NCBI GenBank assembly: GCA_963726245.1
Contig: CAVSBT010000037.1
Coordinates: forward strand, 32,001 to 96,000
Reading direction: 5' to 3'
DNA length: 64,000 bases
Source: an uncultured Chloroflexia bacterium
GTDB taxonomy: Bacteria; Chloroflexota; Dehalococcoidia; DSTF01; JALHUB01
Part shown: in pieces, positions 33,152-41,790 of the stretch
How positions within the stretch are numbered: position 1 is the first letter of the stretch
Layout of the letters: every line of letters begins with the position of its first letter
Translations under genes and position numbers: made by a program
The notes under the pieces: generated by a model
Databases searched by the model: none
What the model was told of the DNA's origin: nothing
The model's input: only the letters and a program-made list of their open reading frames with translations

Positions 33152-33621
33152 GCTTCATGTCTCCCGTATCAGGTGGTGTGGGTCGCGAGTCAGGCCGCGC
33201 GGGACTCGCGGCGAAGCTCCTAGCGGAGTCCCGCATGTTCCATCGTCATGCTAACACCGGCGCCGGTGTGTGGACCACCTGGGGGGAGCGGGCATCGAGT
33301 CACTCCGCCTGGAGGCCCATCCCACTGCTGCCACAAGAAAGAGGAGCACCCTTGAGCTGGTGACTGGGGTGCTCAAGGGCGCGGGCGAGAGGACTGTGTG
33401 TGCTGGTGGCGGGGATTCATCCTCTCGCTACTAATACATTCGGCTATAACCCACTGTTTCCGTAGTCCCACGAGGATAGCGCAGACGCCGGGTTGAGACC
33501 ACGAATGGACGGTCCCGGAGGCCGCCGCTGGTGTTTCGCGGCAGGCACGCGCCGAGAACGAAGACGGGGCCGCAAAGGCCCGGTCTTGTCTACTGGCGCC
33601 GTCTAGGATATCGATGTCGCC

Positions 33622-33702
33622 TTACTTGGCGCTCGGCCCTTTCTTGGGCTTGTCCTGCTTAGGCTTCTTGACTTTCTTGCCGCCCTTATCCTTGCGTGCC
33701 AT
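33622..33702 (-). CDS. 26-aa Lys-rich small protein MARKDKGGKKVKKPKQDKPKKGPSAK
   Basis: GAAGGAGGG SD 5 nt before ATG; hairpin downstream at 33563-33585. Confidence 0.6.
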   Translation of the reverse strand: MARKDKGGKKVKKPKQDKPKKGPSAK

Positions 33703-33724
33703 TGTGTCCCTCCTTCAGTTCTCG

Positions 33725-34378
33725 TCAGGATTGTAACAGGAGCCGGAGCCGCAGTCGAAGGGTTTTGACGCGCGGGTCGGCGCGTCGGACGCCGATAGCT
33801 GGATTGCCAACCTTCAGGATGTCCGCGTCACCGGCTTCTACCGGTATGGCGTCCCCCTGGCTCACATCAATGAAGTGAACGGAGAAGGCTCCAGGCTGTG
33901 GAATGTTGGTAGGTGCGGGGGTTGGGGCTACGGCCAGGGCCGTCACACAGACCCACACGGCGTCGAGGAAGTTCACCGTCAACAGGTCGCCGGCTTGCGG
34001 CGCGGCTGAGGAGAAGCCCTGGAATCGGTTCTGGGCAGCGTCGTAACGCCAGATGGACTGCAAGGCGCTGGACGGCTCAATGGCCTCGACCACGCTCTCG
34101 GTCGTCCAACCGGGGTGGGGGTGCCCCACTGGTGTCCGATTGGGGAAGGTGAGCGCGATGTTGTTGCAGCCCTCGTAGAGGGTCTTGGTAGAGCCAGGGG
34201 CCGGAAGTGTTATGGTGGCGACCTGCTGGGCGCTGAGTCGCGCGCTGATCGCCACACCGCCACCGCCTGCCTGCGCCGAGTAAACGCGGCCCGCCGCAGG
34301 CACCGACTCGAACAGGACCGCCCCGACCGTTGCTGCGGCCAGAACCCATCGAACCAGTCTCGTTGATGCACGCATCAC
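33725..34378 (-). pseudogene. Secreted protein truncated at the start of a ComEC/MBL-like domain
   Basis: Signal peptide, PT linker, then FSVHFIDVSQGDAI followed by low-complexity sequence. Confidence 0.5.
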
Positions 34379-34589
34379 GAGCCTCCCCGTATATTCCTGG
34401 CGTCCACGATAGACAGCTCCGTTGGCGGGACGGTCAGAGGCGGGCTGCGTAGGAATATACCACGAATGTCAAGATTCTTCGCCGCGTCGGGGTTGCAGGG
34501 ATCTGCCCGGTTGTTCGCTCCCCTACCGGGACCAGCACGCGTCCGATGAGGGGGATCGGGTGTGGAAATGGTGACTGGCAGAGGACCCT

Positions 34590-34720
34590 TGGTGGGCGAT
34601 GCAGGCCTTGAACCTGCCTGCCGCCCGGCAGGCCTGTGGCCTTCTGGGTGTAGGGCGTTTCGGGGTAAGCGCTCTGCGGCGTCCCTTCGCCCGTATTGTT
34701 CGACACCTTGCGCGGGAGTA
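34590..34720 (-). repeat. att-like copy 4: degenerate tRNA-Val 3' half plus diverged arm, with a 20-bp palindromic insertion
   Basis: TGGTGGGCGATGCAGGCCTTGAACCTG[ins]TGGCCTTCTGGGTGTA..GGTAAGCGCTCTGC..CGCGGGAGT. Confidence 0.8.
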
Positions 34721-34760
34721 GATTGCATTCATGGAAAGTCACCCGAGAGCAAGGAGATAC

Positions 34761-36044
34761 ATGATGAAGCGCTGGACATTCGTCGCACTTATCCTTTTCC
34801 TCATGGCAGCCGGCCTCGTCGTGGCCGGCTGCTCGAGCTCGAAGGACGAAACATCGGGCCCGACGCCCGGCGGTCCGGTTCCCGGCGTCACCGACACCGA
34901 GATCCTGCTGGGGACGCACATGCCGCTGAGCCAATCGCCGGCCTCGGCCTGGGGCGTTGTCGCCGATGGCATGAGGGCCTACTTCGACTACATCAATTCT
35001 CAGGGTGGTATCTACGGCCGCAAGATCAAGCTGCTAGTCGGGGATGACCACTACAGCGCGCCGGACGCGGTGGAAGTCGTGCGGGGCCTGGTGGAGCAGG
35101 ACAAAGTCTTCGCGATCGTGGGCGGCCTCGGCGACTCGTCGCACCTCGCCGTCATGAGCTACCTTGAGGAGAACGGCGTGCCTGACCTGTTCATCGGAGG
35201 CGGCATGCCGGAGTTCACCGATCCCGTCGTGAAGACACGCTTCAGCATGGTGACCGACTACGACACCGAGGGGAAGATCAATACGGACTATATGAAAGAG
35301 CACTTCGCCGGCAAGACGTTAGGCATCATCTACGAGAATAACCAGGGCGGCTCGTTGGGCTTGCAGCGGACCAAGGAGGGATTGGCCGACTCAGACATCA
35401 AGATCGTCTCCGAGCAGGCTTACGATTTCGGGAATTTCGACCTCACTGCGCAGGTGCAGCGCCTGAAGGCCGACAACCCCGAGTTCGTCTACGTGATAGG
35501 GAACCCGGGCTCTCTGGCCAGCGCCTTGAAGGCGGCTCGCGAGACCCTTAGCTGGGATGTGCCGTTCATGACCAGCGCTGTCTCTGCCGTCGAGATGACG
35601 ATTGCGCTCGCCGGAGCCGCCAACGCCGAAGGTCTGATCAGCTTCACAACGGGCAGGATGATCTCTGAGACGGACGATCCGGGCGTGCAGCGCAACATCG
35701 AGCTGATGAAGCAGTTCGCGCCCAACGTCGAGCCGAGCAGCCTGACGGAGTACGGCATAAGCACCGCTGAGTTGGTCGTGCAGGCACTAAAGAACGCCGG
35801 CCCGAACCTCACACGCGAGAGCGTTGTCGATGGGGCGGAGCAGATCCGCGGTTACTGCTGCATCGCTTGCATTGCACCGGTCAACCTCAGCCCGACCGAC
35901 CACCGCCCCGACGAAGCAGAGTGGCCCGAGCAGGTGGTCGACGGGAAGTGGAAGCGCATGTCGGACACGCCGGTGAGCTACGAGTCGACGCCCAGCGACG
36001 TCACCGCGTGCGAGAACGGGGAGCCGGTGAACAAGGGCCAGTAG
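34761..36044 (+). CDS. ABC substrate-binding lipoprotein (LivJ-like), orphan cassette cargo
   Basis: Lipobox VAGC, PGVTDTEILLG, INSQGGIYGRKI...DD.Y. Confidence 0.9.
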   Translation: MMKRWTFVALILFLMAAGLVVAGCSSSKDETSGPTPGGPVPGVTDTEILLGTHMPLSQSPASAWGVVADGMRAYFDYINSQGGIYGRKIKLLVGDDHYSAPDAVEVVRGLVEQDKVFAIVGGLGDSSHLAVMSYLEENGVPDLFIGGGMPEFTDPVVKTRFSMVTDYDTEGKINTDYMKEHFAGKTLGIIYENNQGGSLGLQRTKEGLADSDIKIVSEQAYDFGNFDLTAQVQRLKADNPEFVYVIGNPGSLASALKAARETLSWDVPFMTSAVSAVEMTIALAGAANAEGLISFTTGRMISETDDPGVQRNIELMKQFAPNVEPSSLTEYGISTAELVVQALKNAGPNLTRESVVDGAEQIRGYCCIACIAPVNLSPTDHRPDEAEWPEQVVDGKWKRMSDTPVSYESTPSDVTACENGEPVNKGQ

Positions 36045-36111
36045 GTTACGCCCTCGGCAACCGTGCCCTCCTAAACCGCGGTTGCGGTGACCTCAGCCGT
36101 GCAGGGTAGCC

Positions 36112-36228
36112 TGGTGAGCGATGCAGGGCTCGAACCTGCGACCTTCTGTGTGTAAAGCATCTGAGCCTGAGCGCTGTGCAACAGATTCAGCACCCCTGAG
36201 CGAAAACGCGGAAGTTATCATCTGGAAC
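36112..36228 (-). repeat. att-like copy 3: tRNA-Val 3' half plus conserved arm
   Basis: TGGTGAGCGATGCAGGGCTCGAACCTGCGACCTTCTGTGTGTAAA|GCATCTGAGCCTGAGCGCTGTGCAAC...CGAAAACGCGGAAGTTATCATCTGGAA. Confidence 0.92.
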
Positions 36229-36365
36229 GGGCGACAGTCGAGGTGCAACTAGCATGCCCGACTGGGAATGAGAAGGCCGCCCCTGAGGACGGCCCCTCGG
36301 CCACCTTCTACCCGATCTCCACGTATCAGCCGCCAGGGCACACACGGCCCCGGCAGCAATGGGCG

Positions 36366-36729
36366 CTATTGCTTCGCGTAGTTGCTCGCGCCGTTCCAAT
36401 CTACCAGCGACGACCGGCTCGTTCCCGACGACCCAAGCGTCGTGCCCAGACGGCATCGCCACTACTTCTCCCGGGCCAATCTCGAACTCGGAGCCATCCG
36501 CCATCAGAACGTGAAGGCGGCCCGAGAGCTGGTACTGGAAATGAGGCGCCTCACACCATTCCGTCTTGGCGATCGGCTTCACGTGTTTAGACCATCTCCA
36601 GCCAGGCTCTAGGGTGATCCGGCCGACGGTTCCGCCCCCAATGTTAATGACCTCCAGCCTTCCCTTCTCGAAGGTCCTCGTCTCGTCGGGCGACTTCAGG
36701 TCCTTCCGCTCGTAGCTTGCCATCGTCAT
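36366..36729 (-). CDS. Cupin domain protein, frameshift near 36408
   Basis: LEPGWRWS, CEAPH, GHDAWVVGNEP; repaired end LVDWNGASNYAKQ*. Confidence 0.85.
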
Positions 36730-36891
36730 TCTCCTCCTATGATGCGACGTTCTTGATGCGAACAGTGGGTAGCTTGTCGCTCAGCAGACTAGCGCCCCAT
36801 CTCGTGGCTATCAGCGTGGCCCTCCCGGTTGCAGCGGTCTTCCTGGAGAGATCAGCACAACACTCGACGCGCGGGTGTCTAACCGAAAGAA

Positions 36892-37200
36892 CTAGGAGCT
36901 GTACCTCTTGCCGATCGTCTCCAGTCCCGCCTTCCGGAGGTCTTCCGGAGTCATCGCAATCCGGAACTTCACGGTAGCATTGAAGCTGAGGAAGAATGGC
37001 TCCGCAAGGGCCGGTATCCTTGACGGCTCCGACACGTCAACGATCAGGACCGCCCCGCGAAAGCCATCCCGCTCGGTGAAGTAAACCGCTTCGGGCTTGA
37101 TATCTTCTAGCGCTTGCTGAATCTTTGCGCCGACGGTGCCGTTCCGGGTAAGGGTGTTGAAGGGTTCCACCGGAAAATCGACGAGCATTACCATGCGCAT
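36892..37200 (-). CDS. Small DUF3303/GYD-like protein
   Basis: IKPEAVYFTERDG.RGA, IPALAEPFF, AMTPEDL; GGAGG SD. Confidence 0.75.
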   Translation of the reverse strand: MRMVMLVDFPVEPFNTLTRNGTVGAKIQQALEDIKPEAVYFTERDGFRGAVLIVDVSEPSRIPALAEPFFLSFNATVKFRIAMTPEDLRKAGLETIGKRYSS

Positions 37201-37460
37201 GATTACGTCCTCCCATTCTGGCGTCCGACTGGCCGCCTCTCCTAAGCGTAGGGGTCGGATGTGAGGGGCACGTGAACGAGAACCGGTGCGCCGTGAAGAA
37301 AGCATGCAGAATGAAAGGTGAGTCGGCGATGGACCGGGGGGATCGGCTATTGGGCCGTTCCAGGCGCAGGCTGGCGGCTGGTTGCACGCTGTAATCCTCC
37401 GGGGTGCAACTGTCGCAGCCTCAAGCGTTCATTGAGTCAGAGAGGGCAGCCATCCCTCAT

Positions 37461-37605
37461 AATCTGGAAAGTGAATCTGTTTGGAGTTCTGGTGGGCGAT
37501 GAGGGACTTGAACCCCCGGCCTTCTGTGTGTAAAGCATCTGAGCCTGAGCGCTGTGCAACAGATTCGGCACCCCACCGAAAACGCAGAAGTTATCATCTG
37601 GAAAC
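37461..37605 (-). repeat. att-like copy 2: tRNA-Val 3' half with conserved arms on both sides
   Basis: CTGGAAAGTGAATCTG..GTTC-TGGTGGGCGATGAGGGACTTGAACCCCCGGCCTTCTGTGTGTAAA|GCATCTGAGCC...TTATCATCTGGAAA. Confidence 0.92.
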
Positions 37606-37674
37606 GAAGGCTCTGAGACGGCCGCATTCGCCAAGGACCGGCCGTCGTATCGGGGGGAGCTTCTGCCTTATGGG

Positions 37675-39024
37675 CTAGCTTGCCCGCCAGCGCCTCCGGA
37701 CATACCATGCTGCGGCTGCGAGCACGACGAGCGCTGCTGCCGCTACCGCTACGACGACGTACTGCAAAGACGAGGAGCCACCGGCGGCAGACGAGGAGCC
37801 ACCAACGGCAGACGGCGAGCCACCAGCCGCAGACGGGGAGCCACGAACGGCAGATGGCGAGCCACCGGCCGCAGACGGCGAGCCGCCGACGGCAGAGGGC
37901 GAGCTACCGACCGCGGACGGCGAGCGGCTTGGGGCATGGGTAGGCGCGGGGGTTGATGTAGGGGTTGTAGGCGTGTCTTGGATCACCGACACGGTGCCGC
38001 TGCCTTGGTTCGCCACATAGATGCGGTTCGTGTTGGGGTTGACATCTACGGCCGCGGGGAAACTCCCGACCGCCACGGTGGCGACGACCTTGTTGCTGCC
38101 GCCGTCGATGATCGAGACGTTGTTGCTGTTCATGTTCGCCACGTAGATGAGGTTTGTGTTGGGGTTGACGGCCACGCTTTCGGGGCCGGTCCCAACCGCT
38201 ACGGCGGTGATGACCGTGTTGGTGGTGCCGTCGATGACGGAGACGTCGTTGCTGGCAAAGTTCGTCACGTAGATGCGGTTCGTGTCGGGGTTGACGGCTA
38301 CACTGGAAGGGTTAGTCTCGACAGGCACGGTGGCGACGACCGAGTTGGTGGCGCCGTCGATGACGGAGAGGTCTTTGCTGCCATAGTTCGTCACGTAGAT
38401 GTGGTTCGTGTTGGGGTTGACGGCCACGGCCAAGGGGAAACTCCCAGCCGCTGCGGTGGCGACGACCGTGTTGTTGGCACCGTCGATGACGGAGACGTTG
38501 TGCTGCCATATTCGGCGCGTAGATGAGGTTCGTGTTGGGATTGACGGCCACGCGCTGGGGGTAGCCATATTGGACCGCTACGGTGGCGACGACCGTGTTG
38601 CTGCCGCCGTCGATGACGGAGACGTTGTGCTTGTGCCACCGTTCGCCACGTAGATGTGGTTCGTGTTGGGGTCGACGGCCACGCCGTAGGGCATGGTGCC
38701 GACCACTATGGTGGCGACGACTGTGTTGCTGCCGCCATCGATGACGGAGACGTTGCCGCTGTCATAATTGGTCACAGTATTGGGCACGTAAATAAGGTTC
38801 GTGTTAGGATTGACGGCCACGCCGTCGGGCTTAGTCCCAACTGCTACGGTGGCGACCACCACCGGGCCGCCGCTGGCGCCGGCCGTTGGGGCCTGGCCGC
38901 CATGCGCGGAGATGATGCCTGCGCCCAAGGTGGCGATAAACGCAAGTAACAGCAAGTGAGGAAGGGTGGCTGTCTGAGCTTCTCGGGGACCGGCAAGGCG
39001 CATCTGCAACCTCCTTGTTGGCAC
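37675..39024 (-). CDS. YVTN/YncE beta-propeller surface protein with C-terminal TM anchor, frameshifted near 38510-38630
   Basis: Repeated VAVNPNTN.IYV.N..S..VSVIDG units; signal peptide; terminal hydrophobic helix plus RRR. Confidence 0.88.
37769..37925 (-). repeat. About 7 x 21-bp tandem repeat encoding an SPSAVGG-like linker
   Basis: GACG..GAGCCACC...CGCA-like units. Confidence 0.85.
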
Positions 39025-39146
39025 GGCCAGGCAGACATTTCAGAAACGAGCCACAAGCGCGGCAAGTATAGCGTTGTCCAAGCGTTTGTCAACCCTCTCC
39101 CCTGGACTGTGGTGATCTTGAGGCACGGAGGTAAACGGAAGTCAGA

Positions 39147-39292
39147 AGCTGGAAAGCGAATCTGGAGGGGGTTCTGGTGGGCGATGAGGGACTTGAACCC
39201 CCGACCTTCTGTGTGTAAACCATCTGGCGGTAAACGCTGTGCAACGGAATCGGGATGGGTGACCGAAAACGCGGAAGTTATCAGCTGGAAAA
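39147..39292 (-). repeat. att-like copy 1: tRNA-Val 3' half with conserved arms on both sides
   Basis: CTGGAAAGCGAATCTGGAGGGGGTTC-TGGTGGGCGATGAGGGACTTGAACCCCCGACCTTCTGTGTGTAAA|CCATCTG..CGCTGTGCAAC..CGAAAACGCGGAAGTTATCAGCTGGAAA. Confidence 0.92.
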
Positions 39293-39402
39293 TGGGGCAT
39301 TAGTCGAGACTGCGACTAGTACCAGTGGAAGCTCTGCGCGATGGGGAGCGACGAGACAGCGTCGCCAGGGGACGATGGCGATTTAAGCAGGCGCATTTGC
39401 CG

Positions 39403-39430
39403 TTGACAGTCGGTGCATATGCATTACAAT
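39403..39430 (+). promoter_or_regulatory. Sigma70-type promoter inside the smallest cassette
   Basis: TTGACA-16bp-TACAAT. Confidence 0.65.
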
Positions 39431-39496
39431 GCCGTCATCGGAAAGGGCTGGTACGGGCACTGCTTGGCCCGGGGGCGGGAGAACAAGGAGGGGTCA

Positions 39497-39796
39497 GTGC
39501 TGTTCGCAGACATCTACACCTACAAGGGGAACTTGGGCGAGGAGGACCAGAGGCGCATAATCAACCTCTTCACCAATTGGGCACCACCTGCCGGCGTAGA
39601 GATCAAATCGCACTACGAGTTTGCAGACGGCTCAGGCGGCCTCACCATCTCGGAGGTGTCGACGCCCGCCGCGCAGTACGAAGCATGCGCCGCCTGGTCC
39701 GCCTTCATGGACCAGAGGATAGTGCCGCTGCTCGATGTCACGGAATCCGTCCCTCTCGCAATGAAGGTAGGCGCCTGGCGGGATTCTGTGCGCTAG
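39497..39796 (+). CDS. DUF3303 family protein
   Basis: F.NWAPPAGVEIKSHY.FADGSGG; AAGGAGG SD before GTG. Confidence 0.8.
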   Translation: MLFADIYTYKGNLGEEDQRRIINLFTNWAPPAGVEIKSHYEFADGSGGLTISEVSTPAAQYEACAAWSAFMDQRIVPLLDVTESVPLAMKVGAWRDSVR

Positions 39797-39922
39797 TACC
39801 GAAGGGGTCAGTCAGCCTCGTCACCGAGTCACATGGGGTTGGGCCGCGGTCCGGCCCTTTCCGTTTCCAGGCTGTGGCTGAGGACGAGCCGTCCGGGTTC
39901 AGGCTAGAACCGGAGGTGGTTC

Positions 39923-39999
39923 TGGTGGGCGATGCAGGACTCGAACCTGCGCCCTTCTGTGTGTAAAACAGACGCTCTTGCCAACTGAGCTAATCGCCC
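39923..39999 (-). tRNA. tRNA-Val(TAC)
   Basis: Cloverleaf: GGGCGAT/ATCGCCC acceptor, GCTC/GAGC D stem, TCTGT-TTTACAC-ACAGA anticodon arm, GCAGG-TTCGAGT-CCTGC T arm, ACCA end. Confidence 0.97.
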
Positions 40000-40098
40000 A
40001 CCCGCTGAGGGCAAGTGAATCCTAGGCCAATCGAGCCGGGCCGGTCAAGGCGAGACGCAGCCCCACGTAGCGGCCACGCCTCTTCGCTGTCGTCAAAG

Positions 40099-41286
40099 CT
40101 AGAAGATGCCAGTCAGAGCCGCGTACACACCGAATCCCGAGGTGGCCGCCAGCGTCAACCCCACCAGGACGGAGTAGGCTCTCCCGAGACGGTAGGGCTC
40201 CGGGAGCGCCTTTATGGCCAGCAAGAAGAGAAACCCCAGCACGTTGGGGAGGAGGAGTGCGTTCAGCACCTCGACGGCCACGGCGACCTTCACCAGGTTG
40301 GCGCCCGCCAGGATCACGCCGGCGCCGAGCAGAAGACCCGCGGTGTAGACGCCATAGAACCACGGCGCTTGGCGAGGTCGATGCTCCAGCGATCGCTTGT
40401 AGCCTGCCGCCTCACCCAGTCCCCAAGCAGCGGTGATCGATACCACGATGGCCCCCAGCAGAGCGCCGCCACTCACACCCAGGGCGAAGAGCACGCGTCC
40501 GGCAACCCGGCCCAGGTACGGAGTCATGGTGGCGGAGATGTGCTGAACCGAGTCCAGCGCGCCGTGGTCACTCGCCGAGCCGATTGTCGCCGCTGCAGCC
40601 ACCAGGATCGCGCACATGATGAGTTGGGTGGTCAGCGCGCCCAGCGCGGTGCCCAGGCGACCCCGCCCCAGATCCTCCCGCCGCAAACCCTTGTCCGCCA
40701 CCGCCGACTGCTGAAAGAAGATCATCCAGGGCATGACTACGGCCCCAATGTTGGCGGCAGCGAGGTATAGGTAGCTGGAGTCGGAGATCGGGATGGAGAC
40801 CGAGCCTCGAGCCAGATCGCCCACATCAGGGTGGGCCTGCCAGGCAACCGCCACAAAGGCCAGCTCAAAGGCGCCGATCGCCAGTGCTACCCGCTCCACT
40901 GAGCCGTAGGAGCCGGACCAGACGATCGCCAGCATGAGCAAGACGGCGGCAGGCACGGTGACAGCCGTTGGCACGCCGAAGAGGAGGCCGACCCCGGCCA
41001 GCCCGCTCAGCTCGGTAAGCAGGGCCCCGATGCAGGCGACGGTCAGCGCCGAGACCGAGAGCCAGGCCCAGCCTGCCCCGAAGCGATCGCGGATCAGTTC
41101 AGCGTAGCCGCGGCCGGTGGCGATCCCGAGCCGAAGGGTCAGCTCCTGGGCGATGAACAGGATGGGGATCAGGACCAACTGCAGACCGAGCAGTCGGTAT
41201 CCCCATTGGGCCCCGCTCTGCGCAGCGGTGATGATGCTGCCGGCCTCAGTGTCGGCAAGCATGACCACCAGGCCGGGTCCGAGCAC
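40099..41286 (-). CDS. NRAMP-family divalent metal transporter (non-canonical motifs)
   Basis: LGPGLVVMLADTEAGS, AQSGAQWGY, IGAVVMPWMIFFQQS. Confidence 0.88.
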   Translation of the reverse strand: MLGPGLVVMLADTEAGSIITAAQSGAQWGYRLLGLQLVLIPILFIAQELTLRLGIATGRGYAELIRDRFGAGWAWLSVSALTVACIGALLTELSGLAGVGLLFGVPTAVTVPAAVLLMLAIVWSGSYGSVERVALAIGAFELAFVAVAWQAHPDVGDLARGSVSIPISDSSYLYLAAANIGAVVMPWMIFFQQSAVADKGLRREDLGRGRLGTALGALTTQLIMCAILVAAAATIGSASDHGALDSVQHISATMTPYLGRVAGRVLFALGVSGGALLGAIVVSITAAWGLGEAAGYKRSLEHRPRQAPWFYGVYTAGLLLGAGVILAGANLVKVAVAVEVLNALLLPNVLGFLFLLAIKALPEPYRLGRAYSVLVGLTLAATSGFGVYAALTGIF

Positions 41287-41489
41287 CCATAGCCAGGTGC
41301 GGACGCTTGCGCGGCGCCGCTTGGGATCTGCCGCAGGCGAATCTAGCTGGACGATGGTGCGGTTACCCGTCCCTAAGGGTACGTGTTAGTAATGACTCAC
41401 ACAAGCCTCCAAGACCACCCGACCCCGCTGAGGCAGACGCCGAGCGAATGCAGATCGACCCCGCTACCGTGTTGTCGCTGGTTTTGGTC

Positions 41490-41790
41490 GTAGCTCGCGG
41501 ATGCGGCTGAGCAAGAAGACGTGGTAGTCCATGGAGAGGCCGAACAGGATGGCGAACAGGAAGATGAGGCAGCCAGGCCTCGATGCTCCGCACCGCTGGA
41601 ACCCGAGCAGGCCGGCGCCGAGGCCGTGCTGGGTGACCAGCACGAGCAGCCCGTAGGCGGCGCCGACGGAGAGCAGGTTCATGATGACGCTTTGATCGGC
41701 ACCACGATCGACCGGAAGATGACCAGCAGAGGATGAAGCTGAAGCTGAGCACGAAGAGCGAAGACGATGGGCGTGTATAGACGACAGCAT
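41490..41790 (-). pseudogene. MMPL/RND transporter internal fragment
   Basis: MNLLSVGAAYG and FAILFGLSMDYHVFLLSRIRE, frameshifted, both ends missing. Confidence 0.75.

Noticed and set aside
33395-33430. CTGGTGGCGGGGATTC as another att copy
   Set aside because: Match to the tRNA end is only about 7 bp and no arm motif follows
34590-39292. tRNA-like repeats as a functional tRNA gene array or CRISPR array
   Set aside because: The copies lack the 5' acceptor strand and D arm; spacing is 0.7-1.7 kb with whole genes between; no cas genes are present
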